This document shows positions 10,295 to 21,137 of a DNA stretch of 64,000 bases, piece by piece (the first letter of the stretch is position 1; each line of letters opens with the position of its first letter). Position numbers and translations under genes: made by a program. The notes beneath the pieces are model-generated. The model did no database searches, was not told where the DNA came from, and was given only the letters and a program-made list of their open reading frames with translations. Origin of the DNA: a virus; IMG/VR virus record IMGVR_UViG_3300046453_000081, positions 45,236 through 109,235 of that record. One strand, given 5' to 3'.

Positions 10295-10591
10295 TTAGTT
10301 GACAAATTCGGCTGTCACACCAAATCTTACACCTGACTTCACTAGTAGCTGATTGAATAGTTCAGTTAAAATAAAATCTTCAAAAAATGTATCAATATTA
10401 TTGTTTTTTATTACTTTTAAAAATCTATCTTCTTCTTCATTTGTCATTAACTCTTCTTTTTTAAATCCTTTTTTGATTAGTTCAAAGTAAATTATGTACA
10501 TCATAACAACATCTTTTTTGTAAAATACTTCTTCCATTGGCTCGTCAGATTCTATTAATTCATTATTTTCATTCACTGTTGTCATCACCAA
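10295..10591 (-). CDS. Hypothetical protein
   Basis: ORF downstream of sigmaA-like promoter near 10625-10653. Confidence 0.55.
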   Translation of the reverse strand: MVMTTVNENNELIESDEPMEEVFYKKDVVMMYIIYFELIKKGFKKEELMTNEEEDRFLKVIKNNNIDTFFEDFILTELFNQLLVKSGVRFGVTAEFVN

Positions 10592-10718
10592 GTTTCATTT
10601 TATTTATCACTTGCTATAATTACATGTTACACCATTGCCAGTTAAGTGTCAATGGATTACAAAGAAAAAATGCAAGAATATAACATAATTCTTGCATTAA
10701 ATTTATATAGTATTATTG

Positions 10719-11249
10719 TTATGAATTTAAGTAGGTCTTTACCAAATCTTGCTCTAATATTTCTTTTATCATAGCCGATACAATTGAGAAATCAGAATTT
10801 GAAGTATCCAGTGAAAACATCATTCTTGGCATATATATCCCATTCATAGCCTTCTCATATTGAGTTAAAATATTGCCAATATCTTCTAGTTTAATCATAT
10901 CATCTCCACGCATTGCCATTCTCTCAGCAATAATATTTTGTGGCGCATTTAGATAGATTACCAATGTTTTTTTACTTAACTTTTTTGACAGTTCCGCATA
11001 TTGAAATTGGTTCATCATTGGATAATTATATAAAAAACCATAAACAAGGTTGCTATAGAAAAATCTGTCAATAATAACATTCTCCCTATCAAGCAATCCC
11101 ATCATATGTTCAAACATTCCATCTGAACCAAACTCTGAAATTTCAAAACTACTTCCTTTTACAACTGTGTAGCCTGTCTTTTCAGCCAACAAACTTGCAA
11201 ATGTAGTTTTACCTACACAATCACAGCCTTCAGTTACTATATTTACCAT
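10719..11249 (-). CDS. Deoxynucleoside monophosphate / thymidylate kinase-like P-loop protein
   Basis: EGCDCVGKTT Walker A; IIDRFFYSNLVY; RMAMRGDD lid. Confidence 0.85.
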   Translation of the reverse strand: MVNIVTEGCDCVGKTTFASLLAEKTGYTVVKGSSFEISEFGSDGMFEHMMGLLDRENVIIDRFFYSNLVYGFLYNYPMMNQFQYAELSKKLSKKTLVIYLNAPQNIIAERMAMRGDDMIKLEDIGNILTQYEKAMNGIYMPRMMFSLDTSNSDFSIVSAMIKEILEQDLVKTYLNS

Positions 11250-11263
11250 TATATTTTACCACC

Positions 11264-11515
11264 CTAATTAAATGTATTAATATAACGCTTTCCCAAATCA
11301 ACCATTGCAGAAAAGGTTGCATTTTCCGATTCTGCTACAGTTCTAAGTATCTGAGATTTTTTACTCTTAAAAAATAAAAATCTTTTAAACTCAAATATTG
11401 TTAATACATATGTTGGTGTTCCCACATCTTCGTTTTTATCAACTTGAAGACAATATTCATGACCATCTTTTTTTATCAGTTCTTGAAACATTAAAATGTT
11501 ATTTTCTTTGTCCAT
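11264..11515 (-). CDS. Hypothetical protein
   Basis: ORF. Confidence 0.55.
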   Translation of the reverse strand: MDKENNILMFQELIKKDGHEYCLQVDKNEDVGTPTYVLTIFEFKRFLFFKSKKSQILRTVAESENATFSAMVDLGKRYINTFN

Positions 11516-12245
11516 ATCTAATTATCTCCACCATAACTTTTCTTCTACCGAATGTGTTTGCTTCTCTTTCATTGTTGACTAGCAAATCTATTTCATATCC
11601 TTTTATTCCACCGCCAACATCCATACTGATTGCATAAAATTCGGTATTGTCATATGATATTTTAACGATTGAATACAATGGGACTATTCTTCTATCTGTT
11701 GCAATTATCCTCATGCCCTTATATCTAATGGTGTTAGTGACATTATATCCAGTAGACGTTGTTCCTGAACAACCATAACAATAAGGTGTGTACGCTGTAG
11801 CTTCAAACACAATTGAATCAATGTGAGTAGCTTCGCCCCTAGAGGGGATTTGTGTTAATTTCTTCATTCTCTCTTTTTTTCTTCTTAATCTTTCTTTTTC
11901 TGCCTTTTCTTGTATCAGTTTGTCGTTTTTTATTTTTACTGATTTTAGGTATTCTATTCTTTTCTTGGTATTTTTTAGTTGTTCATATTCCCCTGCTTTA
12001 ATTAATTGAGAGTATTCTTCATACCATAAAACACTTCCAACGGATACATTGACAATTGAATTCCTACGTAATATTTCATTTTTATCCTGTTCTACAATGA
12101 CAATGCTCTCAATTTTCACCTTTTCACTATAGGGCAATGTGGCTGAAGATTTATCCTCAACCACATTGTTATATTGTGAAAAGAGAAAATGAGTTATTGC
12201 TAAGACAATGGCGATACCAAAGCCCCACTTTAGAAATCTACTCAT
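11499..12245 (-). CDS. Membrane-anchored 3D-domain (lytic transglycosylase-like) protein
   Basis: N-terminal TM; EATAYT..IIATDRRIVPL..MDVGGGIKGYEIDL. Confidence 0.85.
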   Translation of the reverse strand: MSRFLKWGFGIAIVLAITHFLFSQYNNVVEDKSSATLPYSEKVKIESIVIVEQDKNEILRRNSIVNVSVGSVLWYEEYSQLIKAGEYEQLKNTKKRIEYLKSVKIKNDKLIQEKAEKERLRRKKERMKKLTQIPSRGEATHIDSIVFEATAYTPYCYGCSGTTSTGYNVTNTIRYKGMRIIATDRRIVPLYSIVKISYDNTEFYAISMDVGGGIKGYEIDLLVNNEREANTFGRRKVMVEIIRYGQRK

Positions 12246-12275
12246 AATTTCCCCTTTCTTTTTCAATTATATTTA

Positions 12276-14755
12276 TTACTTTAAGCTATCAACAAATTCT
12301 GCAATAGCTTTTAAGCTATCGACATCAGTCATCTTTGTATAATCAACTTTTTTGTTGTTATGTTTTTTGATAACAGTTTTAATCTCTGCCATCTTGGTTT
12401 CATCGTCAGAATAATTACCAATTGTATTCTTTAAGTGTTCAATTAGTTCATCTGACGTATGTAGTTTATCAATAGAATTTTTTTGTTTTTCTATGTATTC
12501 GTTTGATTTTTCTTCGTGTTCTTCAAACTGAATTTGTTTTTGTTTTTCTACAGCTTTAGAATCACCATTGTACTCTGCAAGAATAGCTTCTTCAATCACG
12601 TTAATAAATTCAGTAGGAGAGTATTTAATCTTGTCAGGAACATTTGCAAATCGTGAACCTGCTTCCAGTGTGGAATCACCTCTGAAATGAATGTAGCGTA
12701 CATCCTGATATTCCTTACCAACTTTTTCTTGAGCAATATCTATGTATACAATAAAGTCAACCATGTTAAGGACAACATCACGAATCTTTCCTTGAAGTGA
12801 AAGTGTGGTCTTATCATATTCTTGACCATTCTTATGTTTGACGGTTTTTTCTTTATCATGAGTAATAAATACCCAATGATAGCCCGCTTGGTCTAACTTT
12901 GTTACTTGCTCAAGAAATGCTGACTCTAACATATTGTGTGCTTTACCATAACCTACATCTTGCAATACTTTATATGTTTTAGTGTCTTGAATAGATAATT
13001 GATTAAGGACATATTTTTCACAAAGTTTTTGTGCCATGTCAACTGTATCCATGCCAAGGATTCTATATGGAACTTCATCTTTCTTTTCGACCAGTTCATC
13101 GACTAAATCAACGAATCCATCCCAATCCTCAATATCTACTGCATTAATACCATTTAAAGCGTTGTATCCCTTTTCAAAAGCAAGTAAAAGAAGTTTAGAT
13201 AAGTCACCATTATACTTTTCCTTAACTAGTTTATAAAGTAAAGATGTTTTTCCTGCTTTTGGTCGCAAATGCTTGTTATCGCTAAAGTTCTTTATCTCTA
13301 GCATCTAGAGGTTTCCCTCATACCTACACGCAGGACATATAGGATACGACAGGTCAATTCCTGCCTAGTTCAGAATAAATCATCAACTTAGTTATCTCAC
13401 GACAGTAAGTTGTCCCTCTCTCGTGGCTTTATTATACTCTACACATATTAAATATTTCTTAAAGAAATACATTCCTCAAATATATTTCTTTTTCTCCTTA
13501 ACGATAAACAGTCTTCTTTATACATCATTTCATATATTTTAATTGAATGAAATGTGCTATACTCAATCTCATACAGATTTTGTTTTCGTTTTGAGACTTT
13601 CTTAATAGGTATTTCTTTGTCTGATTGACAGTGAATAACTTCAACAATTTTCTTAAGTATTTTTTCAGAACCACTTACAATTCTGAGTCTTAGTTGTGGT
13701 GTAATCGTCTTTACTCCAAACTTATTAGTTGGATATGTTATCCCAATACTACCATCACCATCAAAGTAACCTCTAACGAAATCCATCTCATATTCTTTTG
13801 GCACATTCGGAAACTCTATAATTAGGGATTTTCTGTTTTCAATTCCTAAGTCAATTAGGGTTTGACAAAATTTAACAGACCTGATTATTAAATTTACATT
13901 ACTGAATTTCCCACTTTTTCCATATTCTAAATTACCTGTGTAAGATAGTTTTCTTCTTATTTCTTCTAACAATTCGACGTTATATTCATCATCTTTTAGT
14001 CCGATTTTTAGTATGCCAAAGTTTTTCTTTCCCTTAGTAATAGTGCCATCGGAAGCTATCAGACCTAAAATATATGCCATATCGCTAGACCATTCTTTAA
14101 AATAGTCTTCATTAACATTGTAAAGTCTATTTTGTGTGTGTCTTCCTGTTTCCCTCATTGCCATGTTTGCTTCGCTAGGGCTTCTTTTTTCAATTCCATT
14201 ATATACCATAATGTCACTAACAAGTTTTATAGAAACACCTAGTTTTTTAGCTATTTCAAAACATGACATTTTTTCATTGATATACAGATTACGAATAGCG
14301 TCACTGTATTTTTCTCTATTCTTATCTTTTCTTCTCTTAAATGGAATATTGAGTTTTTCGCACCATTTAACTAATGTCTGATAACGACAATTCGCCTTTT
14401 TACAAACATCCATTGTTGGAGTTTCTTTCACAACTAATTCTTCATATAAGAAATTTCTATCCTTATAAAGAAAATCGCTCATTTTATTCACCGCCTTTCA
14501 GTAGTTAAGATGTGAGGAAAGTTAATATTGTAGTTTCAAAAGCTATTCGTTGCACCTGTATAGCCTTTTAAAGCCATACTTCGGTTCGCATTGCCATATC
14601 CATAAGGACTTAGGGTTTTACGATTTTCAGAGGAATTTGCAACAGTGCGTCACCGCAACTGTGGGGCAGACCTATTTACCCGAAATACAATATTTATAAA
14701 GAGTCCAATCTGCTACTACTTTGTTTGTTTTAATTTTATCTAACATTGATAACAT
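12276..14755 (-). CDS. AAA-family (Sak4-like) ATPase, spliced: exon 1 14678-14755, exon 2 12276-13265
   Basis: Joining exons restores Walker A ...CISG|RPKAGKTS; LAFEKG, MDTVD, FITHDK, EAGSRF motifs. Confidence 0.85.
13266..14677 (-). mobile_element. Group I self-splicing intron with internal LAGLIDADG ORF
   Basis: Exon ends in U (GGT); intron ends in G; P1/P10 guide GGTCTGCCC; P3 TTCCTCT/AGAGGGA; P7 GAATA/TATTC. Confidence 0.85.
13448..14491 (-). CDS. Intron-encoded LAGLIDADG homing endonuclease with N-terminal HTH-like repeats
   Basis: YILGLIASDG and FVRGYFDGDG motifs. Confidence 0.9.
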   Translation of the reverse strand: MNKMSDFLYKDRNFLYEELVVKETPTMDVCKKANCRYQTLVKWCEKLNIPFKRRKDKNREKYSDAIRNLYINEKMSCFEIAKKLGVSIKLVSDIMVYNGIEKRSPSEANMAMRETGRHTQNRLYNVNEDYFKEWSSDMAYILGLIASDGTITKGKKNFGILKIGLKDDEYNVELLEEIRRKLSYTGNLEYGKSGKFSNVNLIIRSVKFCQTLIDLGIENRKSLIIEFPNVPKEYEMDFVRGYFDGDGSIGITYPTNKFGVKTITPQLRLRIVSGSEKILKKIVEVIHCQSDKEIPIKKVSKRKQNLYEIEYSTFHSIKIYEMMYKEDCLSLRRKRNIFEECISLRNI

Positions 14756-14901
14756 CAAATCACTTCTCCCTTATATTTTATCACTTTTGGGAAGAATGTT
14801 CCATTGAATCTCCCCAAAAGTCATAAATCCGTAAATTTTATTTACTACTTGTTAAACATATGTATTACTATTGTTAATTATATCTATCACTTATGTTAAA
14901 C

Positions 14902-15993
14902 TTAGTTGAAGGGTAACGAATCATCATCATCCGATTCATCTGAAGCAAAAGGATTATCTGACATGTCTTCTTCATCTACTAAATCCTCTTCAACAATAAA
15001 GTCTTCAAGTTTATAGCGTTTTTGTACAAACGATTTAAGGTCTACACCTGTAATTTGTAGTTCTGTTATACGCTTTGTATTAGCACGTTTACCTTGTCCT
15101 TTAGGAGTATAACCACCATCCCCAAAGATAGAATCTTTTGGTGCTTCTACTTCTTCGGTTTCAACTTGTTCAGTTCTATTAACACATAATCCTACTACCT
15201 TCACATAGTCGCCAAATTTAAGTTTGCTATTGAACGCTGTAGCAACTGTTTTTAGCTTGGCATCCTCTGTATCAATGACAAATGGATAGTCAAAGAATGT
15301 GCCATCGTAAGAAATTGTTCGACCAAGTACAGTAAGTTTTTTAGTCTTTTTATCATACGCACTACCAACAAAGATTAGTTCTTGTTCAAATGAAGCTGTT
15401 TCTTCAAACTTTTCATCAGCAAAATCAACTTGCTTAACTAACTTTGAAGCGTATTTAATTTGATATTTTGCTTGTTTGACTTTTTCACCCTGTTGATTTT
15501 CGTATTCGCTAAGAGTTAAATCACCACTTACTGAAATACTATCCCCATCATCAAACGTTTGGAAAATGCTATCTACAGCATCATATTCAACAAATGTTTC
15601 ATAAACAATTTTTTTCTTTTCAGCTTCATCGTCTTCAAATCTACCAACGTTGATACCAATAAGATTCCACCCTTCAGGAATGTCATCACGATTTTCAAAT
15701 GATAGTTTCTTTGTAGGTGTTTTCTTACCCTGTTTACGTAATTTTTCTCGCTCCTCTTTTTTTAGTGCTTGAGAAATGTAAGCGTCTTTTTCCATTCCGT
15801 ATAATTCAACAAACAACTCATTTGTTTCATTCGTCTTCACTGAAAAACGTAAGCTTCTCCATTCCTTACCAATATTCTTCCCCTTATCGAACTCACCTTC
15901 TGTGTAAGCCTTGTCCTCACTGATACGGTTTACAATTCCAACTGCTCTCCATGTTCCTTTTGTTTGTACTAATGGTGTTTTTTCTTTTGCCAT
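14902..15993 (-). CDS. Putative single-stranded DNA-binding protein
   Basis: OB-fold-like beta pattern, acidic tail DDDDSLPFN, adjacent to Sak4-like ATPase. Confidence 0.6.
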   Translation of the reverse strand: MAKEKTPLVQTKGTWRAVGIVNRISEDKAYTEGEFDKGKNIGKEWRSLRFSVKTNETNELFVELYGMEKDAYISQALKKEEREKLRKQGKKTPTKKLSFENRDDIPEGWNLIGINVGRFEDDEAEKKKIVYETFVEYDAVDSIFQTFDDGDSISVSGDLTLSEYENQQGEKVKQAKYQIKYASKLVKQVDFADEKFEETASFEQELIFVGSAYDKKTKKLTVLGRTISYDGTFFDYPFVIDTEDAKLKTVATAFNSKLKFGDYVKVVGLCVNRTEQVETEEVEAPKDSIFGDGGYTPKGQGKRANTKRITELQITGVDLKSFVQKRYKLEDFIVEEDLVDEEDMSDNPFASDESDDDDSLPFN

Positions 15994-16110
15994 TGTTAAA
16001 TTCCTCCTTGAGATATGTATAATTAATATTTTGTCTTGATGCGTAGCTTGGTAGTTAACTGTTTGAAGGTGGACTTCTCACAGATATTCAACTCCTTTAT
16101 CACATAGTTA

Positions 16111-16139
16111 ATAATATCATTTTATTTATCACTTGTCAA
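16111..16139 (-). promoter_or_regulatory. sigmaA promoter of the SSB/AAA operon, containing the AAGTGATAAAT motif
   Basis: TTGACA-17-TATTAT on minus strand. Confidence 0.7.
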
Positions 16140-16243
16140 GCTTTGTCGAATCTTGTCTAAAACCGTCTTTTTAATACAGGTCGGCTATACAAGATGACAA
16201 TATTCCTATATATATTATATTTATCATTTGTGAAGCAACCCTT

Positions 16244-16627
16244 TCACAAAAGAAGTCGCAACATTTTTGCTCTTGGGGATTTTAAGTGTTCAGTAAATAA
16301 TTTCTCAAGTGAAATCTTACCATTCTTAATTTTATTTGTCAATAGCAAGAACTCTTGTTTGGTTATTGGATGTAAAAACAATTCTTCTAGTGCTTGCACT
16401 TGGTTCTTTGAATATTTTTCTGTGAATTCATCGAACTGTTGTGGATACTGCTCTAATCTGTGAACCCTGTAGTCGCTTACAGCCAAATTTTCATTAGAGG
16501 AATCTAAAAGAAAATTGTAAATAAATGAATCAGCTTGCTCAAGACGGTCGATTAAAATACTTAAAATGCCCTTGTTTTCATTTGTTAAGTTCTTAACTGT
16601 AAAACCATTGATTAAAACTAATTCCAT
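16244..16627 (-). CDS. Hypothetical protein
   Basis: ORF with GGGGAG RBS. Confidence 0.6.
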   Translation of the reverse strand: MELVLINGFTVKNLTNENKGILSILIDRLEQADSFIYNFLLDSSNENLAVSDYRVHRLEQYPQQFDEFTEKYSKNQVQALEELFLHPITKQEFLLLTNKIKNGKISLEKLFTEHLKSPRAKMLRLLL

Positions 16628-16924
16628 GCCGACAACAACTCCCCATAATCTCTCTCTTTAATATTGCTTTTTGTTTACTATATAATAATAGTTGTTCAAT
16701 ATAGTAAACAATTATACAAAAAATATTTTTATATGTGTAATTTAAATACTCTGCTCATATTCTTATTATATCTTTCCTGTCATTATACGTCTATAATTTT
16801 ATTTATCACTTGTATGTAGATTTAGTGACTTTCATGGGACATAATGACGATTTTTTAAAAAAAATGTTTGACAACATTTATCACACTTAGTCGAATAAGC
16901 ATATTAATTGGAACAAAGTGTCAT

Positions 16925-16975
16925 AAATAAGGGAAGTCCCCTGATACCATATATCAAGAGACTTCCCTTATTTAT
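16925..16975. terminator. Intrinsic terminator-like hairpin after the HTH gene
   Basis: AAATAAGGGAAGTC...GACTTCCCTTATTT inverted repeat. Confidence 0.6.
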
Positions 16976-16991
16976 TATATTGCCATATCGT

Positions 16992-17246
16992 TTATTCATT
17001 TCCATTTTCATCTGCATTAAATTCAAATAAATCATTTATATCCACACTTAACATGTCTGCAATAGCAAATCCATAAACTAATTTCCAACTAACGTTATTA
17101 TTTAATAGTTCCATAAAATTATTATACTTAATAGTAAAACCATACTTCGTTGTCCATCGTTCATGGAATTCCTTTGCAGTCCACTCTTCTTTTCCAATTA
17201 AATTCTGAAATCTTTGTCTGTTTAATTTCGCATCTGTCAATACCAT
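16992..17246 (-). CDS. Small XRE-like HTH regulator
   Basis: C-terminal FAIADMLSVDINDLFEF typical of XRE HTH; follows the MrpR-like gene. Confidence 0.6.
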   Translation of the reverse strand: MVLTDAKLNRQRFQNLIGKEEWTAKEFHERWTTKYGFTIKYNNFMELLNNNVSWKLVYGFAIADMLSVDINDLFEFNADENGNE

Positions 17247-17263
17247 AGTTTTCGCCCCTCTTT

Positions 17264-18472
17264 TTATACGAACGTACATTCCTCTTTGTATAATTTCTTA
17301 ATAATTTCTGGATTACAATATTTTTTAACAGGATACCAATTTTCAATATTATATATGGCACATATTTCTAAATAATCTTCTTTTGTTAATACTCCATTTT
17401 TTATTCTTCTACTCGCTTCATAGATTATACCACTTCTAACAATGTTTTTAGCAGTTAGATACGGATAGCCTAGTACTTCATTAATCATTTTGATTTTTCT
17501 ATAAATAACCATTTTATCCACAGGTCTATTTTTCTCGTCAGTCCTAGTAATAGAGGTGCGGATTACGTAATCATTGCTAACTAGGTTCGTAAGTAAACCA
17601 ACCGATTCATCTTGAATATCGCCATTTCTCTTAACGTATTCTTCTTGAATCATTGCTTTTTCTAATAAGTCCATTGTGGACTGAGTTAGCTTAACCTTCC
17701 TCTTACTATTATCTTCGTTGTATACTATAAGAATATTGTTATTGTCTATTGCTTGTCGGACATGTTCTTTCTTGATGTTTCGTATTTCAGATAACGATTC
17801 TCCCTGAATCCCTTCGAACAATAATTTGATAATAACAGCGTCTTGAGGATTTTTGCAGTCCCAATTGATTTTTTCAATTGTTGCTCTTGTGAAGTATAAC
17901 TCTAACTCTTTGTCAACAAATCTTATAAAATAATCCATAGGTAATGTCTTTAATTCATTATTTTTAGCACTTGTCTCGCTATTGTCGATGCACCAATCAA
18001 TGTATGTTGAAATGATTCTTCCATTAACGTGGGAAGCTGATTCTGTTAGTGGCTCTAATTCATACAATACATTTTCCAGTTCAGACAAGGTAAACAGAGA
18101 TAAGTCTTTATTATATTTGTCTTCATACTTCAAACTTTTCTCAAGAATTCTTGCATATGGTGTTTGTGTATTGCTTGGGTATCTGTGAAGGAATTTTAAT
18201 TTAATTTTATTATTGTAGAATGTCTCTAGATTATATTTTTCACTTTTGGTAATTTCAAATACAGAATGAATTAACATGTATTTTACAGATAATTTTAATT
18301 CCTCGACATCTTGGCTCAAAATAATCTTACGTACTTCTCCGCTGAGTAGACCATACTTTTCCATCAATATTTTTAATTCTTTTTCCCCATCAACTCTACT
18401 CCTTATTTCGTCAATTCCACTGATTACTAATGCATTGATTTTTCTTGTTTTATCTCTATCAATTTTTGTCAT
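17264..18472 (-). CDS. Tyrosine-recombinase-fold protein with degenerate catalytic motifs; SPbeta MrpR(YopR)-like repressor candidate
   Basis: LLFEGIQGESLSEIRNIK (catalytic R replaced by Q) and TAKNIVRSG (HxxR degenerate); operator in its own promoter. Confidence 0.65.
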   Translation of the reverse strand: MTKIDRDKTRKINALVISGIDEIRSRVDGEKELKILMEKYGLLSGEVRKIILSQDVEELKLSVKYMLIHSVFEITKSEKYNLETFYNNKIKLKFLHRYPSNTQTPYARILEKSLKYEDKYNKDLSLFTLSELENVLYELEPLTESASHVNGRIISTYIDWCIDNSETSAKNNELKTLPMDYFIRFVDKELELYFTRATIEKINWDCKNPQDAVIIKLLFEGIQGESLSEIRNIKKEHVRQAIDNNNILIVYNEDNSKRKVKLTQSTMDLLEKAMIQEEYVKRNGDIQDESVGLLTNLVSNDYVIRTSITRTDEKNRPVDKMVIYRKIKMINEVLGYPYLTAKNIVRSGIIYEASRRIKNGVLTKEDYLEICAIYNIENWYPVKKYCNPEIIKKLYKEECTFV

Positions 18473-18766
18473 GTTTTTCACTCCTTTGTATTGCACCCTT
18501 TATTGTCTCAATGTTATTTATTTGAGTTTTTATTGTACTAATACTTAATTTAATTATAATTTAATTCACAACATTTTTCAATGTTATTAATTAGGCATTA
18601 AAAGGAGTGGGATATTTTTTTGCATTTCTTATAATACTTAATTGCTAAAGGCAGATGAATAAATCAACTTTTATCTGTTTGATTATATTATAACACATTT
18701 TCGATTCATTAACAATGGATTTTGGTATAAAGTACCATATTTCGATTCTGATAACTCGCTTTGTTT

Positions 18767-19441
18767 TTACATTTTATACACCTTTGTTTTTCTCACTCCT
18801 TCACCTTTTTGATAACTTTTTATCCAAACTTTATTACCATTTTTCAGGATTCTCCAATGTCCTCTTACCGCCCATGTTCCTGTAAATTTCTTTCTCTCTT
18901 TTTCCTTGTCGATTTCAATTTTTTCTTCTGATTGTTCCTTACTGATAGATACTTGATAATGACTCCTTCTACCAATCTTAACAACCTTATTCTTATTTGA
19001 TGACTTAGATTTTTTCTTCTTTGTATTTGGCAGACCATCTACTATTACCTTTTTCTTCAGACGTGCTGTATCGTCCTTGTAGTGTTCTATATAAGCCATG
19101 ATACTAGCGTGGACTGTAGTTGCATCTTGAATTGCATTCGACTTGCCATAGTCCTTTAAATGCCCTACAGGTGAATAATGAAATACCTTGACAGTTTTAG
19201 TCAATTTGTTCCACTTATAATGTAAAACTAACTTTTTCATTATGAATACTTTAGTTTCAACAAATAGCCCGCTATCTTTAAAGTACTGTTGATATGCGTT
19301 CTTGTTTCCGTATTCGATAACTCCTTCAGTTAAGGACGGATAAAAATTTCTTACTAAGTTCTTATTGTTGTCTCTCCATTTTAGAAGTTTTGTTAAATCA
19401 TCAGTTGTTAATTTAATCTTATCAAATCTGTCAAGATTCAT
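18767..19441 (-). CDS. Conserved phage protein with WxVRGHWR...KVWIKSYxKG motif
   Basis: Recognisable basic C-terminal motif; function unknown. Confidence 0.7.
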   Translation of the reverse strand: MNLDRFDKIKLTTDDLTKLLKWRDNNKNLVRNFYPSLTEGVIEYGNKNAYQQYFKDSGLFVETKVFIMKKLVLHYKWNKLTKTVKVFHYSPVGHLKDYGKSNAIQDATTVHASIMAYIEHYKDDTARLKKKVIVDGLPNTKKKKSKSSNKNKVVKIGRRSHYQVSISKEQSEEKIEIDKEKERKKFTGTWAVRGHWRILKNGNKVWIKSYQKGEGVRKTKVYKM

Positions 19442-19511
19442 TATTTATCACCCATTTATTATTTTATATTACCATTGTAACACAAAAATAACCCATTAGC
19501 AATGGGTTATT

Positions 19512-19736
19512 TTAATTCTTTAATTCAAAATCTCTTTCTTTCCCTTTCGAGCATTTGTGACATCTTCTTTCTTTAGGATAGTAGAACCCATAAATATCTT
19601 GTGCTTGTGGAATAACGTGACCACATTCTAAATAATCATGTAGACCTAGACATAGTTCTCCCCTATTGTACGTTTTCGAATAAAGTATCTTCCTTAAAGG
19701 ATAACTTCGTCTACCCACTCTAGCCAATTGATTCAC
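19512..19736 (-). CDS. Small Zn-binding protein
   Basis: LECGH...RRCHKC. Confidence 0.55.
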   Translation of the reverse strand: MNQLARVGRRSYPLRKILYSKTYNRGELCLGLHDYLECGHVIPQAQDIYGFYYPKERRCHKCSKGKERDFELKN

Positions 19737-19971
19737 CGTTTAACCACTTTTGATATTCGCCCAACTTGACATGTCTATATTCTTCCATGTAATTCGTAAC
19801 CATATGTTCAGAATAGCCTAAATCATAGAGTTTTCTAAGTGTCCTGCTATATTCTTGTCTGATTTCGTCTTCTTCCCAATCACGTAATTTTTCATCATCT
19901 AACTTGTCCTTAATCCACACTAACTCTCTTGCCAACACTTTCAATTGTTTTTCTACGTCATTTATGCTCAT
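19720..19971 (-). CDS. Hypothetical protein
   Basis: ORF with RBS. Confidence 0.6.
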   Translation of the reverse strand: MSINDVEKQLKVLARELVWIKDKLDDEKLRDWEEDEIRQEYSRTLRKLYDLGYSEHMVTNYMEEYRHVKLGEYQKWLNGESIG

Positions 19972-19985
19972 TTCAGCACCCCTCC

Positions 19986-20264
19986 CTAATAATAAGGTTT
20001 CAAGTCAAGCCTGTTTTCATGCGTAATAATCTTTGTAATTTCAATAATAGTTACAGGTTTGCCACAATCAATATAATAAAAGTGCCAATATCCTGTTCCT
20101 TGAATCATATCTTTAGCTTGATTAAAAGCATCTGTCAAGTTGTCCCAAGTATTTGCATTGTCAACGTCTGTGTCCCCAAAAACTTCAATCATTTCATTTC
20201 CAATTTGTTGAAATATTAAATAATTGCCATCAGAATCTTTTAAGGCATAGGCTTTAAAATTCAT
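19986..20264 (-). CDS. Hypothetical protein
   Basis: Translationally coupled ORF. Confidence 0.6.
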   Translation of the reverse strand: MNFKAYALKDSDGNYLIFQQIGNEMIEVFGDTDVDNANTWDNLTDAFNQAKDMIQGTGYWHFYYIDCGKPVTIIEITKIITHENRLDLKPYY

Positions 20265-20527
20265 AGCTTATCAGTTTTTTCTCTAATAATTGAACGACTT
20301 TCCAATCTGCATACATCACTTGGATATTTAATAATGACCATATCATTATCATCGACATGAATTACAGCCCCACCGTACCTAGAATACATATCGCCTATAA
20401 TATCATCAATATCTTTTTTATCTAGAGTTGTAATTTCACCTTTTTGACTGTTTGCCCTGTTAAACATTTCAAACTCATATTTAGACAGTAAATCTCTAAC
20501 TTCTGCTAAATCAGTAATTTTTCTCAT
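20261..20527 (-). CDS. Hypothetical protein
   Basis: ORF with AAGGAG RBS. Confidence 0.6.
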   Translation of the reverse strand: MRKITDLAEVRDLLSKYEFEMFNRANSQKGEITTLDKKDIDDIIGDMYSRYGGAVIHVDDNDMVIIKYPSDVCRLESRSIIREKTDKL

Positions 20528-20563
20528 AGGTACATGTCACTCCTTTTAACTTTATTCGTTAAA

Positions 20564-21088
20564 TTAGAAGATTGATTCTAGAATATTAATAGCAAATCCA
20601 TGTCTTGGGTCATCTTCATCTAAAAGTTCAATCGCTGATTCTAATCTTCCGATAATATCTGATAAAGTTTTTTGCGAATCCATTAATCCTGTAAAAATGT
20701 CTTCAGATACTTGATATGTTTTATTCCTTGAAATTTCAGTCATTTTACGGTGGTGAAGCATTGCTTGTTCTCGACTGTTTTCTCTTTGTACTCTTTCTTC
20801 TATACAATTTGAACAATCGCATTCTTCACTTGCTTTGCTAACTAATATAAGAAGCAATTCCTTTTGGTCTTGTGTTAATTGTTTAAAGCGTTCAGTTGCT
20901 AAGGGGAACTCGTCTTCATAAACGCTGTTAATAACTTCAAGAACATTTATGAAATCTTCTTTTGCATCTTTTGGTGCGTTAGGGTCAGGGAGTATATGCC
21001 TTTCTCCCTCCATCCAAAAATCTTGGTCAATTCTCCTAATAGTTATTAATAAATCTTCAATATCATTATCATTCCAGTCATTCGTCAT
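20564..21088 (-). CDS. Hypothetical protein
   Basis: 174-aa ORF with CxCxxC. Confidence 0.65.
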   Translation of the reverse strand: MTNDWNDNDIEDLLITIRRIDQDFWMEGERHILPDPNAPKDAKEDFINVLEVINSVYEDEFPLATERFKQLTQDQKELLLILVSKASEECDCSNCIEERVQRENSREQAMLHHRKMTEISRNKTYQVSEDIFTGLMDSQKTLSDIIGRLESAIELLDEDDPRHGFAINILESIF

Positions 21089-21137
21089 AATAACACCTCT
21101 ATTATTTTTTTTATAGTTCGCCTGTTAAATGATTGTT

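Noticed and set aside
13266-13304. ORF-track N-terminus MLEIKNFSDNKHL of the AAA ATPase
   Set aside because: It lies in the intron 3' end; the real N-terminus is exon 1.
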